A stretch of 64,000 nt of DNA. Source: a virus. The translations under genes and the position numbers were made by a program. The stretch lies in IMG/VR virus record IMGVR_UViG_3300025666_000002, positions 76,788-140,787 of that record; one strand, 5' to 3'. This document shows positions 29,716 through 38,376 of the stretch, piece after piece. Position 1 is the stretch's first letter; every line of letters starts with the position of its first letter. The notes under the pieces were generated by a model. The model had not been told where the DNA came from, ran no database searches, and saw nothing but the letters and a program-made list of their open reading frames with translations.

Positions 29716-29963
29716 AGTATTGTTCTTTTTATTTTGTTGATATTTATATCGATTTTAGCTATTTCTTTTTGAAACTGAATCTTTTGTAAAGTTAAGGCGT
29801 TAATCTCTTGCTTGTATGCATCTTCTTCATCTCTATTTTTAACACTAAGATCATCATACTTGTTGGCAAGGTCTCCTATCTTATCTTTAAGGTCCTTAAT
29901 TTTAGAGTTGTATTCTGCCTTGGTTGCTTTTTCAAATAGCTCAAAAGATTTTACGTGTTTCAT
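29712..29963 (-). CDS. coiled-coil protein with capsid-targeting-like N-terminus
   Basis: MKHVKSFELFE. Confidence 0.65.
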   Translation of the reverse strand: MKHVKSFELFEKATKAEYNSKIKDLKDKIGDLANKYDDLSVKNRDEEDAYKQEINALTLQKIQFQKEIAKIDININKIKRTIL

Positions 29964-29965
29964 AA

Positions 29966-30154
29966 TTATTTAGGTGCCTTAGCAGACTTTAATTTAATAA
30001 CTCTATCATCATATCTATTGTATACGGCCGAGATCTCTAATAGTTGTTTAGTAAATTGGCCTTTAAAAACACCAATCTCAACTCCCTTCTTTGCGTTAAT
30101 GTCATTTAGAATATCAGTGATTACTGGGATTCTTTCTTGGTTTAACTTTTTCAT
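29966..30154 (-). pseudogene. truncated class I SAM methyltransferase fragment
   Basis: GVEIGVFKGQFT motif I present but ORF ends at 62 aa. Confidence 0.5.
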
Positions 30155-30159
30155 ATGGT

Positions 30160-30765
30160 TTATAATTGTTTTAATGATTGTAAAAAGCCCTCAATATCCT
30201 CTGAGAAAATAAGTTCAAATCTATCTTCTAATGCATTAAGGTCTAATTCCCACCATTTACTTTCAAGTAATTTATTAATTGTTTCTTTATCAAATCTTTT
30301 TCTAATCTCTTTAGCTGGAAACCCACCTACAATTGTATAAGGCTCAACATCTTTAGTTACCGTTGCATTCGCACCTATTACAGCACCGTGGCCTATTGTA
30401 ACACCACTTAGTACAGTTACATTCTGTCCAATCCAAACATCGTTACCAATAGTAATCTCACCGTTAGATAAAATGTTACCTTCTCTAGGTTGGCATAGAT
30501 TAAAACCTGGCAAATATGTAGTTACTCTATTCATGTTATGGTTTCCACTTAGTAGAAATTTGCATTCTTGTGCAATAGAAACAAAATCACCTATATTAAG
30601 CTTTAACGTATTAAAGTGTTCTGGTTCTGTGTACACTCTAGACCTTATATAAGGTAAAGGTGAATTAGTAACTCTAGCCTTTTTATGTTTGCCTATTAAG
30701 CGAACCAGGCTAGATACACCGTCTTTAGCTTTATTTAGCTCTTCTATTAAGTCTAAAACAATCAT
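30160..30765 (-). CDS. hexapeptide-repeat O-acetyltransferase (CatB/Vat-like fold)
   Basis: IGNDVWIG, GVTIGHGAVIGA, DVEPYTIVGGFPAK, KWW. Confidence 0.88.
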   Translation of the reverse strand: MIVLDLIEELNKAKDGVSSLVRLIGKHKKARVTNSPLPYIRSRVYTEPEHFNTLKLNIGDFVSIAQECKFLLSGNHNMNRVTTYLPGFNLCQPREGNILSNGEITIGNDVWIGQNVTVLSGVTIGHGAVIGANATVTKDVEPYTIVGGFPAKEIRKRFDKETINKLLESKWWELDLNALEDRFELIFSEDIEGFLQSLKQL

Positions 30766-30787
30766 ACTTTAATTAGTTTTACGTGTT

Positions 30788-31942
30788 TCATATTGTTTTT
30801 TTGTATTTTTCAGCCTCTATTTCTTTAATCTTTTGCGCAATTTGTGGTCCCTTAACGCCAAACTCTCGCATTACCCAATTACCATCGGTTGTTGGTTTGT
30901 ACTTTAAGAAGGCCTTAATTTGCTTCAGATCTAATCTATTTATCTTCGCAAACTGTGTAATTACATCCTTGTCAACCTTGGTGGTCACCCACTGCTTGTA
31001 AAGGTCAAACACATTTTCAGGCTTAAGGTCCCTCAGGTTCTTTAGAAAGACCACAGCATTAACCTCGTCTGACGTAAAAGTCATCCTATTCATCTCCTTC
31101 TTAATCATATCGTTTGAGTTCATATCAAACAGGTGAGTCAATTGAATAGGCCAAGTGTTAGTATTGACAAAATTGGTTGAAATTACAAGATTTGGAAACA
31201 TAATATCCCATAGACTAAAGTGACTAACCATATTTAAGTAGTCGACTGGCTTCTTTGCAGATTCAATTGACTTCTTAAACTCATCACGAATCCTTTCAGG
31301 GCTAACACCTTCCAGGCTATTGTCGGTCAAGATAGCATCTGCCGTCTCCTTCTCTAGTTTAGAACCAGTCCTGCCTGCAAATCTGAGTGCTCTCAGCTTT
31401 CTTAATGGATCTTCAGCAAATCGATCAGCAGCAGCGCCAACAGTTCGAATCTTCTGGTCCTGGATGTCTTTTAATCCTCCAACCAGGTCAACAATCTCGC
31501 CTCTACCAATATCGTAAAAGAGAGCGTTGATTGTTAAGTCTCGTCTAAGAACATCCTTGTCGATGGTTGAGTATTTTACAGCATCTGGTCTGCGACCTCC
31601 TGAAAGGTCCTCTCTAAACGTGGCAATCTCAACTCCATTCTTATCTGAAGGTATTTGCACAATCACAACACCAAACTGCTGCCCAACCTCTCCAATCGTA
31701 GAGTAACCAGCCCCTTGGACCATGTTAACCACCTCTTCTGGAAAGGCATCAGTTGCAAGGTCAAAATCCTTAGGCTTTTTACCCATGATTGCATCTCTGA
31801 CAGCACCGCCAACAATATAGAGCTCCTTACCATTCTTTTGGAATAGTTTATGTAGGTCTATAATATCTGAAGGCACATTGAGCCTAAGTGAGCTCTGTGC
31901 CTCGTTGACCATTTGGAATTCTGTAAATGTTTTAAGTTGCAT
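30788..31942 (-). CDS. class II tRNA nucleotidyltransferase (CCA-adding/poly(A) polymerase family)
   Basis: VGGAVRD, DFDLAT, EIATFR, RRDLTINAL, EDPLRKLRALRF, SPERI. Confidence 0.92.
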   Translation of the reverse strand: MQLKTFTEFQMVNEAQSSLRLNVPSDIIDLHKLFQKNGKELYIVGGAVRDAIMGKKPKDFDLATDAFPEEVVNMVQGAGYSTIGEVGQQFGVVIVQIPSDKNGVEIATFREDLSGGRRPDAVKYSTIDKDVLRRDLTINALFYDIGRGEIVDLVGGLKDIQDQKIRTVGAAADRFAEDPLRKLRALRFAGRTGSKLEKETADAILTDNSLEGVSPERIRDEFKKSIESAKKPVDYLNMVSHFSLWDIMFPNLVISTNFVNTNTWPIQLTHLFDMNSNDMIKKEMNRMTFTSDEVNAVVFLKNLRDLKPENVFDLYKQWVTTKVDKDVITQFAKINRLDLKQIKAFLKYKPTTDGNWVMREFGVKGPQIAQKIKEIEAEKYKKTI

Positions 31943-31966
31943 GTCCTATTTATTAGATTTATTTTG

Positions 31967-32236
31967 TTAATTTTCTGGTAAAAGGATAATGTTAGTATCA
32001 ATTGGATTCTTAAAACCCATTTGCATTTTAGGTCCAAAGATTGACATCATATCCCACATTTGAAATTCAGTATAACCGTCTTCATCTTGCCTTGTCTTTA
32101 ATTCTTCAATAGTAACCGGTTTAATGGTACCTGAAAAATGTACAAACTTATTCTCATGAGCTAACCATACTTCATAACCATATTCGGTTACTTTTACTTT
32201 AACATCGTGGTTGATGTTGAATTTAATTCGTTCCAT
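31967..32236 (-). CDS. conserved small phage protein
   Basis: NINHDVKVK...DEDGYTEFQMWDMMSIFG. Confidence 0.7.
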   Translation of the reverse strand: MERIKFNINHDVKVKVTEYGYEVWLAHENKFVHFSGTIKPVTIEELKTRQDEDGYTEFQMWDMMSIFGPKMQMGFKNPIDTNIILLPEN

Positions 32237-32237
32237 T

Positions 32238-32636
32238 TTATCTAAGTTTTACTTGAAATCTGTTTTCCATTTTTTCTAAAGTCTCATCAGGAACTCCATG
32301 CTCATTGATTCCACCGTGACGGTTCTCAACAATTAGTGAGAATACTGCAAAGTCATACTTTTCAGCCAATTCATAGTAAGGTTTCATTTCCCATTCTTGT
32401 GTGAATGTGTTAGAAACGATAACTGTATTATAGCCGTAAGGTTGCATATAAACATCTGTCTGTTTTTGACACCATTCATGTGCTTCCTTTAATTTAGAAG
32501 CATCGAAGTTGTATTCTCCATTTTTCATAAAGAACATATCGGCCTCTACATGACCTGTCTGTGCATTCATTAATGATTTTGCTAATGATGATTTACCACA
32601 TCCTGGTAAACCTCTAAGTAAATATAATATCTTCAT
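32238..32636 (-). CDS. P-loop polynucleotide-kinase-like protein (AAA_33)
   Basis: LRGLPGCGKS, EADMFF, VSNTF, HGVP. Confidence 0.85.
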   Translation of the reverse strand: MKILYLLRGLPGCGKSSLAKSLMNAQTGHVEADMFFMKNGEYNFDASKLKEAHEWCQKQTDVYMQPYGYNTVIVSNTFTQEWEMKPYYELAEKYDFAVFSLIVENRHGGINEHGVPDETLEKMENRFQVKLR

Positions 32637-32640
32637 AATC

Positions 32641-33000
32641 TTAAAAATTAAATGGTTTAGTTAAAGTTTTCACAATATAGTCTTTACAGCTATATGCTAA
32701 AAATGTAGATTTTTCAAAACCAGATTCTACAATTTGTTGTAAACCACTACCATTACAAACTCTACAATCTGATTCAGTTGGATTGCTATTATCTCCGTAA
32801 GTATCATTATAAGTACAACCACAATCTACACTCATATACCAATTCTTCATTCGTATAGTACCTCTTGAATTTCTCATAGTAAATGAAATCCAGTCTACTA
32901 CTTCATATTCCTCTGAAGTGGTTTTAACGGTTCTAACTCCATTAATGATTACGATACCATGTGATGGTATTCTATAAATACTTCCTGCTTCTGGTTTCAT
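32641..33000 (-). CDS. hypothetical protein with CxC/CxxCxGxG zinc-ribbon motif
   Basis: DCGC...CRVCNGSG; AT-rich. Confidence 0.6.
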   Translation of the reverse strand: MKPEAGSIYRIPSHGIVIINGVRTVKTTSEEYEVVDWISFTMRNSRGTIRMKNWYMSVDCGCTYNDTYGDNSNPTESDCRVCNGSGLQQIVESGFEKSTFLAYSCKDYIVKTLTKPFNF

Positions 33001-33023
33001 ATTTTAAATTTTTGTTTATATTT

Positions 33024-33479
33024 TTAAAAGTTACCTGGAGCTACTTGAAAACAGCTGATACCATTCTCTCTCCACATTTTTACTACTTTATCTCGGTCAT
33101 CAAAGACACACATGATCTCGTGGCCTGCTGCCATTTCTTGATCTAACCACTCTTTCTTCAACACGTCATCTGGCGTGAAAGAACCCTGCATTCTCATGAA
33201 CAAGAAGTCTGGTTGAATGCCGTGCTGTGCTAACCAATCTTCAGTCTGTTGACGACTAATAGAGTCTCGACCACTAAAGATACCAACCCGAAAGCCAGCA
33301 GCCTTCATTGCTTTAAAGCTTGCAATCACTGGCAAGTTTGGCTCATCCAAAGAGATATTCTCTGGTGCAAAGAAAGTCTTCCAGTTAATTTTACCATTTG
33401 GCTTAGCTGCCAAAACACGTCTCTTATCGATCAAGGCCAAAGTACCGTCCAAATCGAATATTACTGTTTGTTGTTTCAT
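33024..33479 (-). CDS. HAD phosphatase, T4 PNKP 3'-phosphatase-like
   Basis: FDLDGTLA, SGR, FMR, DDVLK, FDDRDKVVKMWR, CFQVAPGNF. Confidence 0.88.
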   Translation of the reverse strand: MKQQTVIFDLDGTLALIDKRRVLAAKPNGKINWKTFFAPENISLDEPNLPVIASFKAMKAAGFRVGIFSGRDSISRQQTEDWLAQHGIQPDFLFMRMQGSFTPDDVLKKEWLDQEMAAGHEIMCVFDDRDKVVKMWRENGISCFQVAPGNF

Positions 33480-33490
33480 CTTGTTTTGTT

Positions 33491-33551
33491 TTACAGTGTA
33501 AATATAATAAAAAAGCCCGAGACTAAAAAATCTCAGGCCATCTTTTTTGCA
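33491..33551 (-). promoter_or_regulatory. class I promoter repeat copy 4 with embedded hairpin
   Basis: GCCTGAGA-N8-TCTCGGGC-TTTTTTATTATATTTACACTGTAA. Confidence 0.7.
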
Positions 33552-33566
33552 ATTATTTTTGAGTAC

Positions 33567-33899
33567 TTATCTCAAAACTTCTACAAATCCAACTTTATTA
33601 ATATCGTTGGATTCAACACGCATTACCAATCGATATACGAACGTTGATTCACTAACATTAGAACCCCACCATGTGCCATCCCAATATTGATTGGTATCTC
33701 TTGTTTCAAATATAAGTTGACCATTACGTGTATAAACTTCTAACAGGTAATCTGAAACCGTCAATGTATCATCAAATATAGGTTTCCAATAATCATTCAT
33801 CATATCACCATCAGGGGTGAATGCGTTTGGAATATGGACTTCTTGTGCGAATGCAGTTGCTCCAACAAACATTGCCGCTATTACTAATAACTTTTTCAT
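33567..33899 (-). CDS. secreted stand-alone T9SS type-B sorting domain (gliding-motility-associated C-terminal domain)
   Basis: signal peptide ...ATAFA-Q then IPNAFTPDGDMMND.W.P...VYTRNGQLIFET...WDGT...GFVEVLR. Confidence 0.85.
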   Translation of the reverse strand: MKKLLVIAAMFVGATAFAQEVHIPNAFTPDGDMMNDYWKPIFDDTLTVSDYLLEVYTRNGQLIFETRDTNQYWDGTWWGSNVSESTFVYRLVMRVESNDINKVGFVEVLR

Positions 33900-33901
33900 C
33901 T

Positions 33902-34126
33902 TTATTTACCGGTATATCTGTTTACTTCATCAATACAAATGCAATTCTTTTCTCCGTAGATGTGGCCATTGGATGCTGATGTTCGAACCCAAATTTGTTC
34001 ACCATTCTTATCTACTTTATGAGTATTACAACTCCATTGCATACACGTTTTCTCACAAGAAGAAAACAAAACACAGGCCGTTAAAAATGTAACGAACCCT
34101 ATAAAACCACATACTAACTGTTTCAT
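33902..34126 (-). CDS. small Cys-rich lipoprotein
   Basis: hydrophobic leader with FSSC lipobox-like site; four further Cys. Confidence 0.55.
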   Translation of the reverse strand: MKQLVCGFIGFVTFLTACVLFSSCEKTCMQWSCNTHKVDKNGEQIWVRTSASNGHIYGEKNCICIDEVNRYTGK

Positions 34127-34171
34127 GATTATTTGATTATGATTATTTGATTAAATTGTTTTTATTCATTG

Positions 34172-34417
34172 TTATAAATGTCTACTCTTAATCCGATAGT
34201 GAAAGTTAATATTGTCCACTATAGTCTCTATTGCCTGGATGTTACTCAGTTCTCGAATGCGTTTGATCGCAAGCTCTTTGTAGTTAGCTGCAGCATTCAT
34301 TTGACTTTCATTCTTACATGATGATATTACATCAGTGCATTTGTCGTAAATAGCTCTAACTCTAGCGTCCATTGTTTCTAGTTTAAGATTTGCAATACTG
34401 TTTTCCAGTCTGGGCAT
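34172..34417 (-). CDS. hypothetical protein
   Basis: 81-aa ORF; true start may be MDARV. Confidence 0.55.
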   Translation of the reverse strand: MPRLENSIANLKLETMDARVRAIYDKCTDVISSCKNESQMNAAANYKELAIKRIRELSNIQAIETIVDNINFHYRIKSRHL

Positions 34418-34839
34418 TCTTCCGAGCCAAACTTAATTACTTGACCTTTGAACTCTGCAGCACCATTGTTTGGTCGGTCGTCGATCAGATAGTCACCGAT
34501 CATTAAGTTCTTGTTGTGTGTGAAAATAAGTCTTCGGTTAACCTCATTACCAAGGTGTTGCTCTGCCCAAACTCGTTTTGCAGTTAGAGACTCTGGATTA
34601 GCCCAAGGTGCTGTTGATAAGATGTAAACGTCAAATCTTGGGTCGTTACTGAGTTGCTTGAATGCTTCTACCGCACCTGGCATTGGCGCTGCTTTGTAGA
34701 ATGGTTCTACATCTTGGTCGATAATCGCGCCAACGTCAAAACCGTCTTCACCGAGTGCATGGATATATTTTTCGTAGACTGCACCGACTAGATCGACGAG
34801 AACGCCATCCATGTCTATGTAAACTACTTTCTTATCCAT
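34378..34839 (-). CDS. 5'(3')-deoxyribonucleotidase (NT5C-like HAD)
   Basis: IDMDGVLVD, ILSTAPW, K, GDYLIDDR. Confidence 0.88.
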   Translation of the reverse strand: MDKKVVYIDMDGVLVDLVGAVYEKYIHALGEDGFDVGAIIDQDVEPFYKAAPMPGAVEAFKQLSNDPRFDVYILSTAPWANPESLTAKRVWAEQHLGNEVNRRLIFTHNKNLMIGDYLIDDRPNNGAAEFKGQVIKFGSEECPDWKTVLQILN

Positions 34840-35056
34840 TCTTGCTGTTGCTTTTTACGTTTGACTTAAATAGGATTGAGAATAAGAAGTTCAATCCAAG
34901 TGCTTGCCAGAAGCCGATTGAGTTGACTCCATCGACTGCAGGTTCTAGACATGTATTCCACAACCACATGGTTGGAAATGCCATTAGCAATGCTATTAAA
35001 GAGATAGCAGTTAACCCGATAAAGAAGAGTCCGATAATTTCTAATAGTTTGTTCAT
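34832..35056 (-). CDS. small membrane protein
   Basis: MWLWN...IGFWQALGL motif. Confidence 0.7.
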   Translation of the reverse strand: MNKLLEIIGLFFIGLTAISLIALLMAFPTMWLWNTCLEPAVDGVNSIGFWQALGLNFLFSILFKSNVKSNSKNG

Positions 35057-35068
35057 TTATGTATGTTT

Positions 35069-35133
35069 TTAATTACAGTACTAATATAATAAAAAAGATT
35101 GACACTAGAAAACTTTTTTGCAATTATTTTGCA
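35069..35133 (-). promoter_or_regulatory. class I promoter repeat copy 5
   Basis: near-identical to copy 1. Confidence 0.8.
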
Positions 35134-35136
35134 GAT

Positions 35137-35394
35137 TTACTCAACAAAGTCAAATGTCTTAATCTTATGTTTGTCCATCCAGCGCCCAATGAAACCTTCA
35201 CCAACACCTAGATCTATAATCTCATATTTGTGATCGATCAGGGGCTTCTGAGCTCGAGCATTATTCACAATGTCAACACTTTTAAGAGTGACTAACATGT
35301 AGTGTTTTTTGCCTGTTTTAGTCTTACGGTAAACTGCGACTGTTGGTGGCTTCTTAAATTCTATCTTGTCTAAGTCTTTTAGTTTCATTTCCAA
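35137..35394 (-). CDS. hypothetical protein
   Basis: 85-aa ORF in operon. Confidence 0.65.
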   Translation of the reverse strand: MEMKLKDLDKIEFKKPPTVAVYRKTKTGKKHYMLVTLKSVDIVNNARAQKPLIDHKYEIIDLGVGEGFIGRWMDKHKIKTFDFVE

Positions 35395-35726
35395 AATAAT
35401 TGAATAGCGATTAGGCCAACCGATAGTGCGAGAGAAACTCCTGTTTTTGCAGTTATACCTTCACCCATGAAAATATATGTCATTACTGTAAAGATCAGGA
35501 TTCCACTGGCAAAGCCAATAAAACGGCCAGGCCAAAGCATTCCATCGAAATGTTCAACTACTAGTCGGGTTGCCTGAATTAAGATGTAACTGATAATACC
35601 ACCAAAAGCAAAAGAAACTAGCCATGGGTTCTTCTTAAACCATGGCCATACAAATTGACCATTCGTCTGTACCCAAATCAAGCCCTGGCCTAAGAAGAAG
35701 AGCAGGAAGCCTAAGAGCAGATTCAA
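35385..35726 (-). CDS. four-TM membrane protein (SMR/DMT-like)
   Basis: 113 aa with four hydrophobic helices. Confidence 0.6.
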   Translation of the reverse strand: MNLLLGFLLFFLGQGLIWVQTNGQFVWPWFKKNPWLVSFAFGGIISYILIQATRLVVEHFDGMLWPGRFIGFASGILIFTVMTYIFMGEGITAKTGVSLALSVGLIAIQLFWK

Positions 35727-36355
35727 AACAGATTAGTTGTTTTAGTCAACATGTGACTGATGAATGAATGTCTGTGCATTGGTGTAGCGCCCTCGTTAAC
35801 GATTGCGTCTCTGTGTTGTTTGGTACCGTAGCCTTTATTACTACCCCAGCCAAATGCTGCATACTCCTCCATCTGGCTCAAATCTCGCATGTAATTATCA
35901 CGTTCGGTCTTTGCTAGAATCGAAGCTGCTGCAATACTAACGTATATGTTGTCTCCGCCAACGATGGTTCCGAAAGGTATACCATTGTACCCATGGAACT
36001 GATCCCCATCAACCAGAATGAACTGGAACTCGTTTTCTTCGGCTATTTTATCAAGGCATTGCTTCATACCGTTCAGAGTCGCTTTCAGTATGTTTGTGGA
36101 CTCGATTTCCTCTACTGGAATATGAACTATTGAATATGCAAGTGCGTTGTCCAGAACTAGCCTACGAGCTTCTACCTTCTGTCCTTCAGAAAGTAACTTT
36201 GAGTCTTTAATCAACTCATGTTGAAAACCATGTGGCATAATACACGCAGCAACGGTAACTGGGCCTGCAAGTGCGCCTCTGCCAGCCTCGTCGAGGCCAA
36301 CCTCTGTTATGTCGAGGTCGTTCATATGGCTTGATTTTAGTAGGATCTGCTTCAT
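35723..36355 (-). CDS. rnhB: ribonuclease HII
   Basis: GLDEAGRGALAGPV, DSKLL, VDG, SIAAASILAKTERD, NKGYGT, HRHSF. Confidence 0.95.
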   Translation of the reverse strand: MKQILLKSSHMNDLDITEVGLDEAGRGALAGPVTVAACIMPHGFQHELIKDSKLLSEGQKVEARRLVLDNALAYSIVHIPVEEIESTNILKATLNGMKQCLDKIAEENEFQFILVDGDQFHGYNGIPFGTIVGGDNIYVSIAAASILAKTERDNYMRDLSQMEEYAAFGWGSNKGYGTKQHRDAIVNEGATPMHRHSFISHMLTKTTNLF

Positions 36356-36372
36356 TTATAAACTTATTTAGA

Positions 36373-36400
36373 GTTATATGTGAAGCTCTAGAATTGTTTA
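36373..36400 (-). promoter_or_regulatory. class II promoter TAAAC-N17-TATAAC
   Basis: same spacing as copies at 17229, 44783, 49775, 54527, 56559. Confidence 0.6.
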
Positions 36401-36844
36401 GGACTCTTTCTTAGGTCGATCCCATCGCATCTGGTTCTCAGCTCTGTACATACCACACTTTTCGTAGAACTCTACGTTCTCGTCTGAACAGTTTAGGATT
36501 GTCTTGTAACAATTCTTCTCTACTGAAAGTTTAAGTAGATCTTCAATCAGCATTTTACCTAAGCCTAAGCCTCGGTATTCTTCAGCTACAGCAACGTCTT
36601 CGATCAGGGCAATTCTATTACCTGATCTGATAATTTTATTGACTGTAATTAGAGAAGCAACTCCAGCAATTTCGCCGTCAACTTTAATGACGCGATATGT
36701 AATGCTATTGTCACTTATTATTTTCCACCATTGAACTGGTGCTGGTTCTGTAAAGCCGAATGCGGAGCTATAGATCTGGCAGATTCTGTCTAGATCATTA
36801 TAGCCCGCGTCTTCGATTGTTATTTTTCGTTCTTGTGTCTCCAT
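36398..36844 (-). CDS. GNAT acetyltransferase, glucosamine-6-phosphate N-acetyltransferase (GNA1)-like
   Basis: IEDVAVAEEYRGLGLGK, CYKTILNC, FYEKCG. Confidence 0.8.
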   Translation of the reverse strand: METQERKITIEDAGYNDLDRICQIYSSAFGFTEPAPVQWWKIISDNSITYRVIKVDGEIAGVASLITVNKIIRSGNRIALIEDVAVAEEYRGLGLGKMLIEDLLKLSVEKNCYKTILNCSDENVEFYEKCGMYRAENQMRWDRPKKES

Positions 36845-37500
36845 TGGTCATACCTTTTCACGATGTCTTGTAAAATCTTAGCTCTCACTATATCTCTATC
36901 GTTGAAGATGTGAGTGCCGACACCTTTTACATTTCCGATTAACTCGATGAAATTAGGTAATGAAACTCTAGATGCTGCAATGTCATGTTGACTTACGTCT
37001 CCGGTTACAATAACCTTTGAGTCTCTTCCCATTCGAGTTACAAATAACATTAGCTGCTTAAAGGTTGCGTTCTGGGCTTCGTCGAGAATCATAAGTGAGT
37101 CGTCAAACGTATCGCCTCGCATATATGCTAAAGGTTCAAACTTAATAATATTCTTGTCGAATAAGATCTTAGTCTCTTCATGTCCAATAATCTTCTCGAT
37201 GTTAGACTTGTAAGATTTCATGTAAGGATCTACCTTCTCATCTTTACCACCTGGTAGAAAGCCCAACTTCTCACCAGCTTCCTGGATTGGCTTACATAAG
37301 ATGATCTGTTTGATCTTCTTCTCCTTTAAGAGTTTAAGTGCTGCGAAACAAGCCGTAAACGTTTTCGAAGTTCCGGCTGGCCCGTAGCAAAATGTTATTT
37401 CATTGTTTTCAATTTGGTTTAAATATTTTTGTTGTGACTGCCTTAATTGTACTCTCTTTAGCAGTTCGTTATTATCTCCTGTGTTGGTTCGTTTTGTCAT
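36820..37500 (-). CDS. phoH: PhoH-like ATPase
   Basis: GPAGTSKT, GEKLGFLPG, PLAYMRG, DEAQN, TGDVSQHD. Confidence 0.93.
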   Translation of the reverse strand: MTKRTNTGDNNELLKRVQLRQSQQKYLNQIENNEITFCYGPAGTSKTFTACFAALKLLKEKKIKQIILCKPIQEAGEKLGFLPGGKDEKVDPYMKSYKSNIEKIIGHEETKILFDKNIIKFEPLAYMRGDTFDDSLMILDEAQNATFKQLMLFVTRMGRDSKVIVTGDVSQHDIAASRVSLPNFIELIGNVKGVGTHIFNDRDIVRAKILQDIVKRYDQWRHKNEK

Positions 37501-37514
37501 TCAATTTATTGTGT

Positions 37515-37859
37515 TTAATCCCCAGCCATTATGACTAGCTCCTTTAGCTTCATTAGTCGTTCACATTTTTCATACTCTTCGATCTCCTCGAAGTATCTAA
37601 CCATTAGATCTATAAATTTAGACCTCTGACTTATGCCATGAGGTATCTCTATTAACCTATCATCGTCCTTGAATACTATGAAGCGGTTCACCGTCTTAGT
37701 AAAGTTACGTGTGAGTTGGTAATAAGATGCTCTCATCAGACTATCCTTGTCCGAGTTTGAAATAAATCCGCTCATTATCGTATTGCCTTCTTTTTTCATA
37801 TATGATCTGCGAGTACGTTTATTGTACCGCACATCATATATATTTTTGCTGGCATACAT
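37515..37859 (-). CDS. small protein with C-terminal UVR-like motif
   Basis: YFEEIEEYEKCERLMKLKE. Confidence 0.6.
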   Translation of the reverse strand: MYASKNIYDVRYNKRTRRSYMKKEGNTIMSGFISNSDKDSLMRASYYQLTRNFTKTVNRFIVFKDDDRLIEIPHGISQRSKFIDLMVRYFEEIEEYEKCERLMKLKELVIMAGD

Positions 37860-37910
37860 CCTAACTAGAAATTAAGATTAAAAATAGTAGTATATCTTTA
37901 TGGTATAAGT

Positions 37911-38102
37911 TTAGTCTTGATTCGATCTAAACTTGCTTTCTACATACTTAGCCTTCATTTTCTGCTTTCTCTTCTTAGCAGATGGCTTAACATGTTGTTG
38001 GCGCTCGCGTAGTTCTTTGAGCTGTCTTGTACGTATTACTTTAGATTTATATAGCTTAAGGGCTTTTTCAATGCCACCTTTACCGACTTCAATTTTCAAC
38101 AT
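37911..38102 (-). CDS. rpsU: ribosomal protein bS21
   Basis: IEKALKLYKSKV...LKELRERQQHVKPSAKKR...KAKY; Bacteroidota-type. Confidence 0.88.
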   Translation of the reverse strand: MLKIEVGKGGIEKALKLYKSKVIRTRQLKELRERQQHVKPSAKKRKQKMKAKYVESKFRSNQD

Positions 38103-38376
38103 ATTCTTCGATTTCTTTTTTAATGTTTAACAGTGTGGCACATTTTTCGTAGGACTCTTTAGCCTCGTAGTATTGAATCATACCATCTAAGACTTTTAAC
38201 TTTTTCTCTGATTCTAGATCTGAAAGAACAACGTAACTTGGATGTTTTGAAATGGCTTCATAAAGTGCTTGATAGAACTGATCTCTATGTGTAAAGATTA
38301 GACTGGCCATCATTCCGTAGAATGGTGAGCCACGATGTGGATCGTAAAAGTTCATAAACATTTCTGAATCATCCAT
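38089..38376 (-). CDS. small protein with C-terminal UVR-like motif
   Basis: YYEAKESYEKCATLLNIKKEI. Confidence 0.6.
   Translation of the reverse strand: MDDSEMFMNFYDPHRGSPFYGMMASLIFTHRDQFYQALYEAISKHPSYVVLSDLESEKKLKVLDGMIQYYEAKESYEKCATLLNIKKEIEEYVEN

Noticed and set aside
30160-30765. Antibiotic-resistance gene (catB/vat)
   Set aside because: The hexapeptide fold is shared with sugar O-acetyltransferases and the context suggests glycan modification; resistance cannot be inferred.
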